NCBI GenBank assembly: GCA_964605705.1
Contig: CAZSDW010000017.1
Location: 245 to 64,244 of the forward strand
Direction: 5' to 3'
DNA: 64,000 nt
DNA from: an uncultured bacterium
GTDB lineage: Bacteria > Fidelibacterota > UBA2242
The position numbers and the translations under genes were made by a program. The notes beneath the pieces were generated by a model that was not told where the DNA came from, made no database searches, and was given only the letters and a program-made list of their open reading frames with translations. This document shows, piece after piece, positions 19,952-29,898 of the stretch (the stretch's first letter is position 1; each line of letters begins with the position of its first letter).

Positions 19952-20767
19952 TTATTGAGAGGCAAGTGGCAGAAACTCAACTTTATTATCCAGCAACAGC
20001 GGAATCGCGATTTCGCATTTCCAGGGATTATAATAAATATCGGCGGGACCGTAGAGACCTTCGGAAACTGGAACCGGCGGATTTTGGAAATCGCTGTCAA
20101 ATCTGTGAACGGCTCCGGTGCGGGTAAAACTAGATGCAAAACTGCCTGAATCCCAGGACGATACATAGATATTACCCTTATGATCAATTGCCAATCCGTC
20201 CAGATTATTCAAATTTGTCGGGATTAATTCTGAGCGTTTGTCCGCGAGACGAGTTACCTGGATCGGGGCGTTGTCAATGAAAAAGCAAATAATCAGGCGG
20301 TTCTGGAATTTGTCATAAAGAATGCCGTTCGGTCCGCCTGAAAGGGTCGTTAAAAAGGTGGAATATTCCTGGGTTGCAATGCTGATTTTATGAACTTTAC
20401 TGGTATTACTGTCGGTGACATAAAGAGAACCTGAAGAATCGGCGGTGATGTCATTCAGAAACTGGGCGCCATCAATTTGCAGATTCATCACTTTTGTTCC
20501 ATCATGGATGTTCCAGCCTCTGACAGTGTTGGTATTTTCCACGAGATACAGGACATCATCCACCAAGGTCAATCCCAGCGATTTATTAAGTCCCTGCTTG
20601 AATAAGCGTCTGTTCCCGGAACTGTCGATTTCAATGACATTGCCGTCACCGAAGTTGGAAATAAAATAACGCTTTGCCTTAGTATCATAAACAGCGCTCT
20701 CCGGGGCGACAAATTCCTGGGCAATCATCGAAAGTGGAAAAATTAACATTATGAATAATAATCGCAT
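19952..20767 (-). CDS. secreted beta-propeller protein (SMP-30/gluconolactonase/NHL-like fold), function unknown
   Basis: Signal peptide MRLLFIMLIFPLSMIAQEF. Repeated ..G.LYV.D.. blades (SGSLYVTDSNTSKVHKI, GNIYVSSWDSG). No catalytic motif recognised. Confidence 0.4.
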   Translation of the reverse strand: MRLLFIMLIFPLSMIAQEFVAPESAVYDTKAKRYFISNFGDGNVIEIDSSGNRRLFKQGLNKSLGLTLVDDVLYLVENTNTVRGWNIHDGTKVMNLQIDGAQFLNDITADSSGSLYVTDSNTSKVHKISIATQEYSTFLTTLSGGPNGILYDKFQNRLIICFFIDNAPIQVTRLADKRSELIPTNLNNLDGLAIDHKGNIYVSSWDSGSFASSFTRTGAVHRFDSDFQNPPVPVSEGLYGPADIYYNPWKCEIAIPLLLDNKVEFLPLASQ

Positions 20768-20785
20768 GTTATTATAATCAGATAA

Positions 20786-22387
20786 TTATGAATAGCTGCT
20801 TTCGTTCCAGCGGATTTCTTTTTTGAATTCCGAAACTGATGTGGCATCGTTGATTTCCAGTAGTTCGATGCCGGCGATCTCGGCGAAATCCTGCAGATGC
20901 TCGGCGGTCAATGCCTGGCTGAATCCGGTATGATGGGCGCCGCCGGCGAGAATCCAGCATTGGGCACCAATTTCAAGATTGGGTTTCGGTTGCCAGACAA
21001 CCCGCGCCACCGGCAATTTGGGGAGATCGGCGTCGGGTGGAACGACATCGACTTCATTGAGAATCATCCGAAAACGATTGCCCAGATCGATAACGGAAAC
21101 ATTCAGTGCCGGACCGGAAAGCACATTGAAAACCAGCCGTGGGGGATCGGCTTTTCCGCCAATGGAAAGCGGATGAACTTCCAGCCTTGCCTTGTCCGTG
21201 GCAATGGATTCGCAAACCTCGAGCATGTGGGCGCCGAGGACTTTCATTCCTGAAGGATCAAGATGGTAAGTATAATCCTCCATAAACGAGGTGCCGCCTT
21301 TCAGACCGGTTGCCATGACTTTCATTGCCCGCACTAATGCCGCCGTTTTCCAGTCGCCTTCTGCCCCGAATCCATATCCATCCGCCATCAGCCGTTGGAC
21401 GGCCAGACCGGGCAGTTGCTTCAAACCGTGCAAATCCTCAAACGTGGTCGTAAAACCGGTGAAATTGCCATTGACCAGAAATTGCCGCATGCCCAGTTCA
21501 ATGCGAGCGGCTTCCCGTAAATCGGCGTGTCGGATGCCACCTTTTTGCGCCTCTTTTGCAATGATGTATTTTCTGTTGTATTCAGCGATTAATTCATCGA
21601 TCGCTTTTTCAGAAATGCTGTTGACCGTTTGGACAAGATCGCCAATGCCGTAGCCATTAACCGAATAGCCAAAGCGAAGTTGCGCTTCGACTTTATCACC
21701 TTCGGTGACGGCGACTTCCCGCATGTTATCGCCGAAACGGGCGATTTTACCATTCCGACTGTCGTGCCAGGCAGCCGCGGCGCGCATCCAGACTGCGATT
21801 TTTTGCCGGACATTTTCATCCTGCCAGTGACCGACAACGACCTTGCGGGCTTTTTTCAGACGGCTACAGATGAAGCCAAATTCCCTGCCGCCGTGGGCGG
21901 ACTGGTTCAGGTTCATAAAATCCATATCGATCTCCGCCCAGGGAATGTCGCGATTGTATTGGGTGTGTAGATGCAGGAAAGGTTTTTGTAACACTTTCAG
22001 CCCGGCGATCCACATTTTAGCGGGGGAGAAGGTATGCATCCAGGTGATCAATCCGATGCAGTTGACAGCGCTGTTCGCAGCGAGCATGACATTATACACT
22101 GCATCCGGCGTCGTCAAAACCGGTTTAAAAATGACTTGCACCGGAATAGTACCGGATGCTGATAGTGCTGCCGCGATCTCTTTGGAATGATTGGCAACTT
22201 GGTTTAGTGTCTCATCGCCGTACAGATGTTGGCTGCCGGTGACAAACCAGACTTCAAAATTATTAAATACTTTCAATTTTATTCCTTTACTTGTCTCTGT
22301 TTTGTTGACCGTAATAGGCGTCCGGTCCATGCTTGCGTGAATAATGCTTTTTAAGAATATAATCCGGCAAATCCTGGATATCATCAT
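20786..22387 (-). CDS. araA: L-arabinose isomerase
   Basis: [23 protein letters not shown] matches the E. coli AraA N-terminus ([20 protein letters not shown]). Length ~500 aa from the internal start. The track ORF overlaps araD by ~100 nt. The real start is probably ATG ~22330 (MDRTP..) or lies right after the araD stop. Confidence 0.85.
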   Translation of the reverse strand: MMISRICRIIFLKSIIHASMDRTPITVNKTETSKGIKLKVFNNFEVWFVTGSQHLYGDETLNQVANHSKEIAAALSASGTIPVQVIFKPVLTTPDAVYNVMLAANSAVNCIGLITWMHTFSPAKMWIAGLKVLQKPFLHLHTQYNRDIPWAEIDMDFMNLNQSAHGGREFGFICSRLKKARKVVVGHWQDENVRQKIAVWMRAAAAWHDSRNGKIARFGDNMREVAVTEGDKVEAQLRFGYSVNGYGIGDLVQTVNSISEKAIDELIAEYNRKYIIAKEAQKGGIRHADLREAARIELGMRQFLVNGNFTGFTTTFEDLHGLKQLPGLAVQRLMADGYGFGAEGDWKTAALVRAMKVMATGLKGGTSFMEDYTYHLDPSGMKVLGAHMLEVCESIATDKARLEVHPLSIGGKADPPRLVFNVLSGPALNVSVIDLGNRFRMILNEVDVVPPDADLPKLPVARVVWQPKPNLEIGAQCWILAGGAHHTGFSQALTAEHLQDFAEIAGIELLEINDATSVSEFKKEIRWNESSYS

Positions 22388-22988
22388 TGAGTAAAAGTGT
22401 GTTCAATGCCATTTTTGCCACTTGTTCAAGGATCAGGCTGTTTTTGACTGCCTCGGCTGGATTTTTACCCCAGGTAAAGGGTGCATGACCAGCCACCAGA
22501 ACACCGGGCATGTGTATCGGATTCAGATCTTGAAACCGTTCGATAATGACTTGACCGGTGGACAATTCGTAATTGTCATTAATTTCTTCATTTGTCAGAA
22601 AGCGGGTGACTGGAACTGTGCCGTTGAAATGATCCGCATGGGTCGTACCATAACAGGGAATTTCACGACAAGCCTGGGCGAAGGAACTGGCATATTCGCT
22701 GTGTGTATGTGTAATGCCGCCGATGCCTTTGAATTCTCTATATAATGCCAGATGGGTCGGCGTATCCGAAGATGGACGCCATTTGCCTTCCTTAACTTTT
22801 CCATCAAGATTAATAATGATCATATCATCGATAGTCATTTTATCATAGTCAATTCCGCTGGGCTTAATAACTACCAGACCTTCTGTCCGGCTGATGCCGC
22901 TGACATTGCCCCAGGTAAGTGTTACCAAGCCGTATTTTACCAGATCGAGATTGGCATTCAGGACAGCGGCTTTGAGTTCTTCCAGCAT
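22287..22988 (-). CDS. araD: L-ribulose-5-phosphate 4-epimerase (class II aldolase family)
   Basis: 233 aa. ..[34 protein letters not shown].. matches the AraD/class-II aldolase metal-binding His motifs. Positioned between araB and araA. Confidence 0.85.
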   Translation of the reverse strand: MLEELKAAVLNANLDLVKYGLVTLTWGNVSGISRTEGLVVIKPSGIDYDKMTIDDMIIINLDGKVKEGKWRPSSDTPTHLALYREFKGIGGITHTHSEYASSFAQACREIPCYGTTHADHFNGTVPVTRFLTNEEINDNYELSTGQVIIERFQDLNPIHMPGVLVAGHAPFTWGKNPAEAVKNSLILEQVAKMALNTLLLNDDIQDLPDYILKKHYSRKHGPDAYYGQQNRDK

Positions 22989-24688
22989 TATTTTCCTTTC
23001 CGAACCCGATCCCGGATTTCCAGCAGATCTTTCATGACATTATACATATTTCCTGACCATGCAACAGTGCCAAATCCATCATGCAGTTGTTTGTACAATT
23101 TATATAGTTTTTTATAAACGGCATGATTTTTTGCGATAGGATGATAAACTTTACCAGAACCGGTCATTGCTTTCTGAGCTTCTTTAATGTTGGCAAATCC
23201 GCTAATTTTTTCACCAGCGGCTACGGCTGCAAAAATTGCTGCGCCCAAAGCGGGCGTCTGTTCACTGCGGGAGATTTTCATCGGGCGTCCGGTGATATCG
23301 GCGTAAATCTGCATCAGCAACGGATTTTTCGTTGCCAGCCCGCCACAGTTCATGACCTCTCTGACCGGCACGCCGTTTTCTTCAATTCTGTCAATAATTG
23401 CCAGGGCGCCGTACGCGGTTGCTTCGACCAGAGCCCGGTAAATTTCGTGCGCCTGGGTGTGAAGCGTCTGCCCCAGAAGCAGCCCGGTCAGTCTGACATC
23501 AACCAGAATTGTGCGATTGCCATTGTTCCAGTCCAGCGCCAGCAGACCGCTTTCGCCGGGTTTCAGTTTCGCCGATTCGCGTTCCAGGTTTTTAAATTTT
23601 TCCGCCTGAGTCTTGCCGTAGCTGTCAGGAACGAGGTTATTTACAAACCAGAGAAATATATCACCCACGGCAGACTGTCCAGCTTCGATGCCGTAATATC
23701 CGCCCATGACCGATCCATCGACAATTCCGCAAACACCGGGAATATCTTCCAGTGTAGCATCATTGGGCCAGACCATAATATCGCAGGTGCTGGTTCCGAG
23801 GATTTTAACCAGTGTACCATCGGAAATACCCGCCCCGACGGCGCCCATATGGGCATCGAAAGCCCCGACTGCAATTGCAATATCCGTTGATAATCCGAGT
23901 TTATCTGCCCAGTCAGCTGAAAGATTCCCGATTTTTTCATCGGCAGGATAAGCATGATTATAAAGATGATCGTGAAATTCAGCGATTTCGGGAGACAATT
24001 CCGCCAGGAATTCCTTATCCGGCAGTCCGCCCCAGTGTTCATTGAACATGGCTTTATGTCCGGCGGCGCAGATGCTGCGTTTCAATTTGTCTGGATTCGT
24101 GTTACCGGTTAAAATTGCCGGGATCCAGTCACAAATTTCGACAAAGCTATAGGCATTGCTAAAAACATCGGGAGCCTCTTTTTGCAGATGCCAGAGTTTA
24201 CTCCAGAACCACTCCGAGGAGTAAATTCCGCCGATTTTTGCCAGGTACTGCGGTCGTAACTTTCCGGCTATTTCCGTAATCCGGCGGGCTTCTTCATGTC
24301 CGGTATGGTCTTTCCAGAGCCAGACCATGGCGGCGGGATTGTTTTTGTATCTTTCCTGAAAACAAAGCGGATTTCCGGTTTTGTCAACGGGCATCGGGCT
24401 GCTCCCGGTCGTATCGACGCCAATGCCGATGATATTTTGCGGATTGAAGTCTGAATCTGCTTCGGTTGCTTTCAGAACCGCAGCTTTGATAGTAGCTTCG
24501 ATTCCCTGGATGTAATCAGCCGGATTCTGGCGCGCCAGGTTGGGATTCGCCGCATCGATGATGACACCGGCTTCATTGGAAGGGTAGTCAAAGACATGAC
24601 TGGCGAGTTCTTTCCCGTTGAAAATATCGACGATCAGAGAGCGACAGGAATTAGTCCCAAAATCCAGACCAATAGCGTATTTACCCAT
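22988..24688 (-). CDS. araB: ribulokinase (FGGY carbohydrate kinase)
   Basis: 566 aa. MGKYAIGLDFGTNSCRSLIVD is the FGGY N-terminal ATPase motif. Overall length and context match AraB. Confidence 0.8.
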   Translation of the reverse strand: MGKYAIGLDFGTNSCRSLIVDIFNGKELASHVFDYPSNEAGVIIDAANPNLARQNPADYIQGIEATIKAAVLKATEADSDFNPQNIIGIGVDTTGSSPMPVDKTGNPLCFQERYKNNPAAMVWLWKDHTGHEEARRITEIAGKLRPQYLAKIGGIYSSEWFWSKLWHLQKEAPDVFSNAYSFVEICDWIPAILTGNTNPDKLKRSICAAGHKAMFNEHWGGLPDKEFLAELSPEIAEFHDHLYNHAYPADEKIGNLSADWADKLGLSTDIAIAVGAFDAHMGAVGAGISDGTLVKILGTSTCDIMVWPNDATLEDIPGVCGIVDGSVMGGYYGIEAGQSAVGDIFLWFVNNLVPDSYGKTQAEKFKNLERESAKLKPGESGLLALDWNNGNRTILVDVRLTGLLLGQTLHTQAHEIYRALVEATAYGALAIIDRIEENGVPVREVMNCGGLATKNPLLMQIYADITGRPMKISRSEQTPALGAAIFAAVAAGEKISGFANIKEAQKAMTGSGKVYHPIAKNHAVYKKLYKLYKQLHDGFGTVAWSGNMYNVMKDLLEIRDRVRKGK

Positions 24689-24726
24689 ATTTGTCTTTCG
24701 CTTCTTTATTTCCTTTTATGGATTTA

Positions 24727-26481
24727 TCAACCCGTGAAAGACATATAAATCAGAACAATGATAACAACCAATGACACGGATGCAACGACATCACCCAATG
24801 ACCAGCTGGAGCGTGATTCCCGACGATGATCATCGGTGGTTGTTCCGAAAGTCAGTCCGCTGATTTTTTCATAGGATGGTTCCGTGGTAGCATAACTGAC
24901 AGTAATCATTACAATGATACATATAATCGTAATCAGGAGGCTGTAGTATTGGAAAAAGATATTATTTACAATCCAGAAAAATGTGCCTTCCGTATATTCA
25001 TAGGCTTTAAATAATTTGACCGGTGTATCAACAATCAGCCGGAACAAGCCCATGCCAAAACCCGTAATCAGGGTCGCCATACAACCTTTTGCATTCATTC
25101 GTTTCCAGAAGACGCCAAGGAAAAATACGACGGCAATCGGTGGCGCCAGATAAGACTGCACGCCTTGCAGATAATCATAAAGACCTTTGCCACCTTTTAT
25201 TACCGGAATCCAGATCAAGCCAATCAGGACCATGACGGCTGTCGCAACCCGCCCGATCCAGACTAATTTTTCCTGGCTTGCATTTGGTTTTAGCCGTGAA
25301 TAGAAATCGATGGTGAACAGGGTTGCCGAGGCGTTAAAAACGCCAGCCAGCGAACTCATCAGGGCTGCCAGCAAACCAGCCACGACAATTCCCCGGATGC
25401 CGACCGGAAGGACGTACGCGACTAAAAGTGGAAACGCGCTCTGAGAATTGTCGCGGATTATTTCACCGTTTACATCGATCAATTGCTGTTGAATTTCCGG
25501 AGCGATTCCGCTTTTTGCCAATGCCATGGATATCATCCCGGGAATTATGAAAATAAAGACCGGCAGCAGCTTCAGAAAGCCGGCGGCAATCGAACCACGA
25601 CGGGCTTCTTTTTCATTGGGGGCACCCAGTGCTCTCTGGACGATATACTGATCGGTTGTCCAGTACCACAAACCGATAATCGGGGCGCAAAACAACATCC
25701 CCAGCCACGGGTAATTATCATTGAAATACCACGCCATTCTGCCAGCTTCACGAACCGGTGCCCAGGTACTTTCAATACCGGCAGGCACCATTGGTTTCCA
25801 GAGGTTGAACATATCGGAGCCGAGAATGTCGCGCAACGCTCCCCAGCCGCCTAATGCGTTCAGACCGAACAAAGTGACCAAAATCGAACCGAAAATTAAA
25901 ATAATGGTTTGTAGAGCTTCTGTATAAGCGACAGCTCTGAGACCCCCCAGAATCGTATAAATTCCTGTCAGGAGAATCACCAGGATGGAACCAAGCCAGA
26001 AGCTGTCCAGACCCCACAAACTGAGTTCCGGTAGCAGAACACTGAACACAATTCCACCGGCGAAAATACCCACCGCGATTTTGGTTAGTACGTAGATGAC
26101 CAGCGAGATGACCGACAGGGTTGTCCGGGCGGTTGGTGAAAAGCGTCGTTCGAGAAATTCCGGCATCGTAAACACTTTCGAGCGCATGTAGAAAGGCACC
26201 ATTACCCAGCCAAGTACCAGCAGGCACCAGGCATGCAGTTCATAATGTGCCATGGCAACGCCATCGGTTGCTCCCGATCCGGCTAAACCGACCAGGTGCT
26301 CAGAGCCGATATTTGATGCAAAAATAGAGGCACCGACAATAAACCATCCCAGATGTCTGCCTGCCAGAAAGTATTCTGTGGATGTGTCCTGTTTTTGTCT
26401 AATTACCCACCAGGCAAGTCCGAGAATAATTGCAAAATAACCAGCAATAATAATCCAGTCTAATGTTTGTAAAGTGGACAT
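24727..26481 (-). CDS. sodium:solute symporter family transporter (probable pentose/arabinose uptake)
   Basis: 584 aa, ~14 TM helices, SSF-type motifs (..GGLRAVAYTEALQT..). Co-operonic with araBDA. Confidence 0.7.
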   Translation of the reverse strand: MSTLQTLDWIIIAGYFAIILGLAWWVIRQKQDTSTEYFLAGRHLGWFIVGASIFASNIGSEHLVGLAGSGATDGVAMAHYELHAWCLLVLGWVMVPFYMRSKVFTMPEFLERRFSPTARTTLSVISLVIYVLTKIAVGIFAGGIVFSVLLPELSLWGLDSFWLGSILVILLTGIYTILGGLRAVAYTEALQTIILIFGSILVTLFGLNALGGWGALRDILGSDMFNLWKPMVPAGIESTWAPVREAGRMAWYFNDNYPWLGMLFCAPIIGLWYWTTDQYIVQRALGAPNEKEARRGSIAAGFLKLLPVFIFIIPGMISMALAKSGIAPEIQQQLIDVNGEIIRDNSQSAFPLLVAYVLPVGIRGIVVAGLLAALMSSLAGVFNASATLFTIDFYSRLKPNASQEKLVWIGRVATAVMVLIGLIWIPVIKGGKGLYDYLQGVQSYLAPPIAVVFFLGVFWKRMNAKGCMATLITGFGMGLFRLIVDTPVKLFKAYEYTEGTFFWIVNNIFFQYYSLLITIICIIVMITVSYATTEPSYEKISGLTFGTTTDDHRRESRSSWSLGDVVASVSLVVIIVLIYMSFTG

Positions 26482-26502
26482 TTTTCTACCCCTCTTAAAT
26501 GA

Positions 26503-27627
26503 TTATCTTGTTGAGAATTTATAAATCGTTGTCTGTTTATATTCTTTTCCCGGTTTTAATTCAACTGATGGAAAATCCGGTTTATTGGGAGAATCAGGAA
26601 AGTGCTGTGCTTCCAGGCATAACGCCGTTCTGTGCTGATATTTTATGCCATTTTTGCCAGTCATTGTACCATCCAGAAAATTACCGGAATAAAACTGAAG
26701 CCCCGGCTGATCTGTCAGGATTTCCATCAAACGACCACTTTTAGGATCGTACAATGAGCCGACATTTTGGACACTGCCGGTGTAATTGTTTAGAACCCAA
26801 TTGTGATCATAACCTTTTCCAATAAGCATTTGTTCATAACTATTGTCAATATCCTGTCCAACGGTTTTTGCCGCGGTGAAATCCAACGGAGTACCGGCGA
26901 CTTTCCGCAACTCGCCAGTCGGTATCAGCCCATTATCCACCGGCGTATAATAATCGGCGTTAATTATTAATTCATGATTGAGGATTGTGTTCTCAGGAGA
27001 AGCCGTCAAATTAAAATAACAATGGTTGGTCGGATTTAGAATTGTCGGGCGGTCAGTAGTCCCGCTGTATTCAATTTTCAATGCGTTATCATCAGTAATG
27101 GTATAGGTCACAGTAATTTTTACAGTTCCGGGATAGCCCTCTTCGCCGTCAGGGCTTGTGTAGCTCAATCGCACTGATTTTTTACACAATTGTTCAGCTT
27201 CCCAGATCGCTTTGAAAAAGCCCCTTTTTCCGCCGTGCAGATGATTTTCACCGTCATTGATGGTAACCTGAAACTCTTTACCATCGAGACTGAATTTGCC
27301 TTTACCGATCCGGTTGCCATATCTGCCGACAATGGCTCCCTGGAAGGAATTATCTTTGATATATCCATTCAAATCGTCAAAACCGAGAATAACATCTTCG
27401 ATTTTTCCGTTTCGGTCAGGTGTTTTCAAAGAGACCACAATTGCGCCATAATTTATGATTTCCGCGGAAATGCCCTTATCATTACAGATTTGATATTTAT
27501 ATATTTCCTGTCCCGCTGGCATGATTCCAAATAGGACTGGCTTTCCAAGTTGCTTCTGTTGTGAACATGAAATAAAAAGCAGTCCAGAAACAATGAACAT
27601 GGTCACTAAAATCCTTTGTACCCGCAT
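26503..27627 (-). CDS. galM: aldose 1-epimerase (galactose mutarotase family)
   Basis: 374 aa with signal peptide. ..NHLHGGKRGFFKAIWEAE.. and ..NPTNHCYFNL.. are mutarotase active-site contexts. Confidence 0.75.
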   Translation of the reverse strand: MRVQRILVTMFIVSGLLFISCSQQKQLGKPVLFGIMPAGQEIYKYQICNDKGISAEIINYGAIVVSLKTPDRNGKIEDVILGFDDLNGYIKDNSFQGAIVGRYGNRIGKGKFSLDGKEFQVTINDGENHLHGGKRGFFKAIWEAEQLCKKSVRLSYTSPDGEEGYPGTVKITVTYTITDDNALKIEYSGTTDRPTILNPTNHCYFNLTASPENTILNHELIINADYYTPVDNGLIPTGELRKVAGTPLDFTAAKTVGQDIDNSYEQMLIGKGYDHNWVLNNYTGSVQNVGSLYDPKSGRLMEILTDQPGLQFYSGNFLDGTMTGKNGIKYQHRTALCLEAQHFPDSPNKPDFPSVELKPGKEYKQTTIYKFSTR

Positions 27628-27786
27628 AATTACTCCTCGCTCTTATTGGAAAAGTTTAATTCCCATCAGTAATGCAATATTAATATTTAACAAGTTTAAA
27701 TGAAAGTCGTTTGTTGAACATTTTTCGAAAAATATCTTTAAGTAATCCTACATTTATTGATAATCAACATGCTATAGAATAGGCTC

Positions 27787-29742
27787 TTATTTCAATAAAA
27801 TCATCTTCCTGACTTGTTGAAATTCCGGAGTGTCAATCCGGTAGAAATAAACTCCGGAACTGTATCTACTTGCATTCCAATTTTCTGAATAGACACCGGG
27901 ATTTTTAATATCATCTACAAGTGTTTTAACCAGACTTCCCTGCAAATCATAAATAGCGATGGTGATATCAGACCGTTTATTCAGTTCATATTTTATCAAA
28001 GTTGTCGAATTAAAGGGATTTGGATAATTCTGGGATAATTTGAATGTCCGGGCAATTTTTATTCCTCGAATATTGGAAACAGCCGTTGGATCAATGATAC
28101 GGATATTATCAAACCAGAAATTGACACCTGCCAGACTTTCATGCTCTGCTACGATCTGGAACTGATCAATGGCTGACCAGTCAAAATCGCCTTGTGGATT
28201 AAACCATTCATTATCCCAGGAACCATGTTCTGTAAAATCACTGAGCGGAATCTGCACATGTTGCCAACTATCGTCCCAGGTTGCCAGCGATTCATCGATC
28301 GTCATTCGCATCCGCCAGGGATGATCGTCAGGACTGGTGGTTTTTGTATCAATAAAACGAATATCAAAGCGGGTCTCCGGCGTATCACCACGAATCCAGA
28401 AATCAATCGCATAGCCCTGAGCCACAAGTCCGGATAAATCCTTGATCGGTTTAAAAGTGAATCCGATCTGCTCATATTGGTCAACATCAGCCCAGTGAAT
28501 GCAGAAGTTCCCGGCAAACGGATTGTCGTTTGAATAATAATTGACGATACCATTGGCTGTCCAGCTGGATTCAAGTATATTTGGTCCGATATATTCCGAA
28601 TAGAATTCAAATCCGATTGTATCAGGTCTCAGAACATATTCGAATTGTGGCGGAGCAGTCAGTCCCAGAGCCTCCACGACCGGAATATTTAAATCATAAT
28701 CGAACAATTCATTAGTTCCGGCTTCAAAAAGCCCGAATCCACCGGTATAATCCCAGATCGTCCAGGCGATTCCGTTCTTCTCCAGATACTCGCGGACAAC
28801 TTGATACCAGTAAGCCCGATCTTCATTATTACTATTGGGAATATAGACACCAAATTCGCCACAAAAAATTGGAATATTTCTTTCGGTTTTGAACGATAAT
28901 GCAATATCCAGTAACTCCTTTACATGGGCGACTGATCCATCATTGGCATAATTATTCAAATTATTTTGGATCCATGTGCCAACCAGCTCTGCGGGACATT
29001 CGGGCATTCGAGTAGCATCATAAGGGAAAGGGACACCCGCGAGAGCTACCATTGAAGGATCGGTCCAGCTGGCTCCCTGGTGAGTGAATAAAAACGGATC
29101 GTAAAAATGGAAAGTGTAAAGCAGTTTATCATCATTGTATTCGGGCATGTTATTGAGATTATTGTAGCTGTTCCAACCGGACGGACCAATGATTATAGTA
29201 TGATTTGAATCGACGGTTCGGATGGCTGTAACGACATCCTGTTGAATGGTGTTCCAGTCCGCATCCGAAATGCCGTGGGGCTCGTTGAGGATTTCATAAT
29301 AAAGCAGATTTGAGCGGTCCTTGTAGCGATCCGCTACTTGAGTCCACACAGTGATCAAAACTGATCCGATGTTCGGGTCAGTATCGACCGCCGGATCGAA
29401 AGTATGATTATCAAGAATCAGGTGGATTGATAACTCTTCAGCTATATTGATAACTTTATCAAGAAAAAAATATAAAAGAGTATCAATAATATAATCAGGC
29501 TCGCCACTGGTCATATAATGCAGATTGATTGGTAATCGAATGACATCACATCCCAGGTTTTTTATGTTTATAAAATCCTGTCGCGTAAATTTTGTAAACT
29601 GGATCTGCTGAGCGCTGGAGCCCTGGAACCAGTTGGTCAAATTGACTCCCCGGTTAAAAGGCGCATCGGTACACCACAATGTTGAGATTAATAAAAAATT
29701 CATAACCGCTATTCGTTTCATTGCCCATCCATATTTTTTCAA
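27787..29742 (-). CDS. GH5 (cellulase family) glycoside hydrolase with C-terminal beta-sandwich and T9SS sorting domain
   Basis: NRGVNLTNWFQ, ILDNHTF, YEILNEPHG (GH5 acid/base NEP). Terminal NYPNPFNSTTLIKYEL..GVYFYRIDTPEFQQVRKMILLK. Confidence 0.75.
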   Translation of the reverse strand: MKKYGWAMKRIAVMNFLLISTLWCTDAPFNRGVNLTNWFQGSSAQQIQFTKFTRQDFINIKNLGCDVIRLPINLHYMTSGEPDYIIDTLLYFFLDKVINIAEELSIHLILDNHTFDPAVDTDPNIGSVLITVWTQVADRYKDRSNLLYYEILNEPHGISDADWNTIQQDVVTAIRTVDSNHTIIIGPSGWNSYNNLNNMPEYNDDKLLYTFHFYDPFLFTHQGASWTDPSMVALAGVPFPYDATRMPECPAELVGTWIQNNLNNYANDGSVAHVKELLDIALSFKTERNIPIFCGEFGVYIPNSNNEDRAYWYQVVREYLEKNGIAWTIWDYTGGFGLFEAGTNELFDYDLNIPVVEALGLTAPPQFEYVLRPDTIGFEFYSEYIGPNILESSWTANGIVNYYSNDNPFAGNFCIHWADVDQYEQIGFTFKPIKDLSGLVAQGYAIDFWIRGDTPETRFDIRFIDTKTTSPDDHPWRMRMTIDESLATWDDSWQHVQIPLSDFTEHGSWDNEWFNPQGDFDWSAIDQFQIVAEHESLAGVNFWFDNIRIIDPTAVSNIRGIKIARTFKLSQNYPNPFNSTTLIKYELNKRSDITIAIYDLQGSLVKTLVDDIKNPGVYSENWNASRYSSGVYFYRIDTPEFQQVRKMILLK

Positions 29743-29898
29743 ATATAGTAAATATTCCTGAAATATGGATTAGTTCATTAAAATAGTTGGGTATTTTTAT
29801 ATTGGTCTCTATGCTCAGTTTTGCACAAGATTTCAGCACATCGTTGAGCAGTATGACCGGAAATAACGGTACTGTCAATCTACGATTACAAGCAGTAT

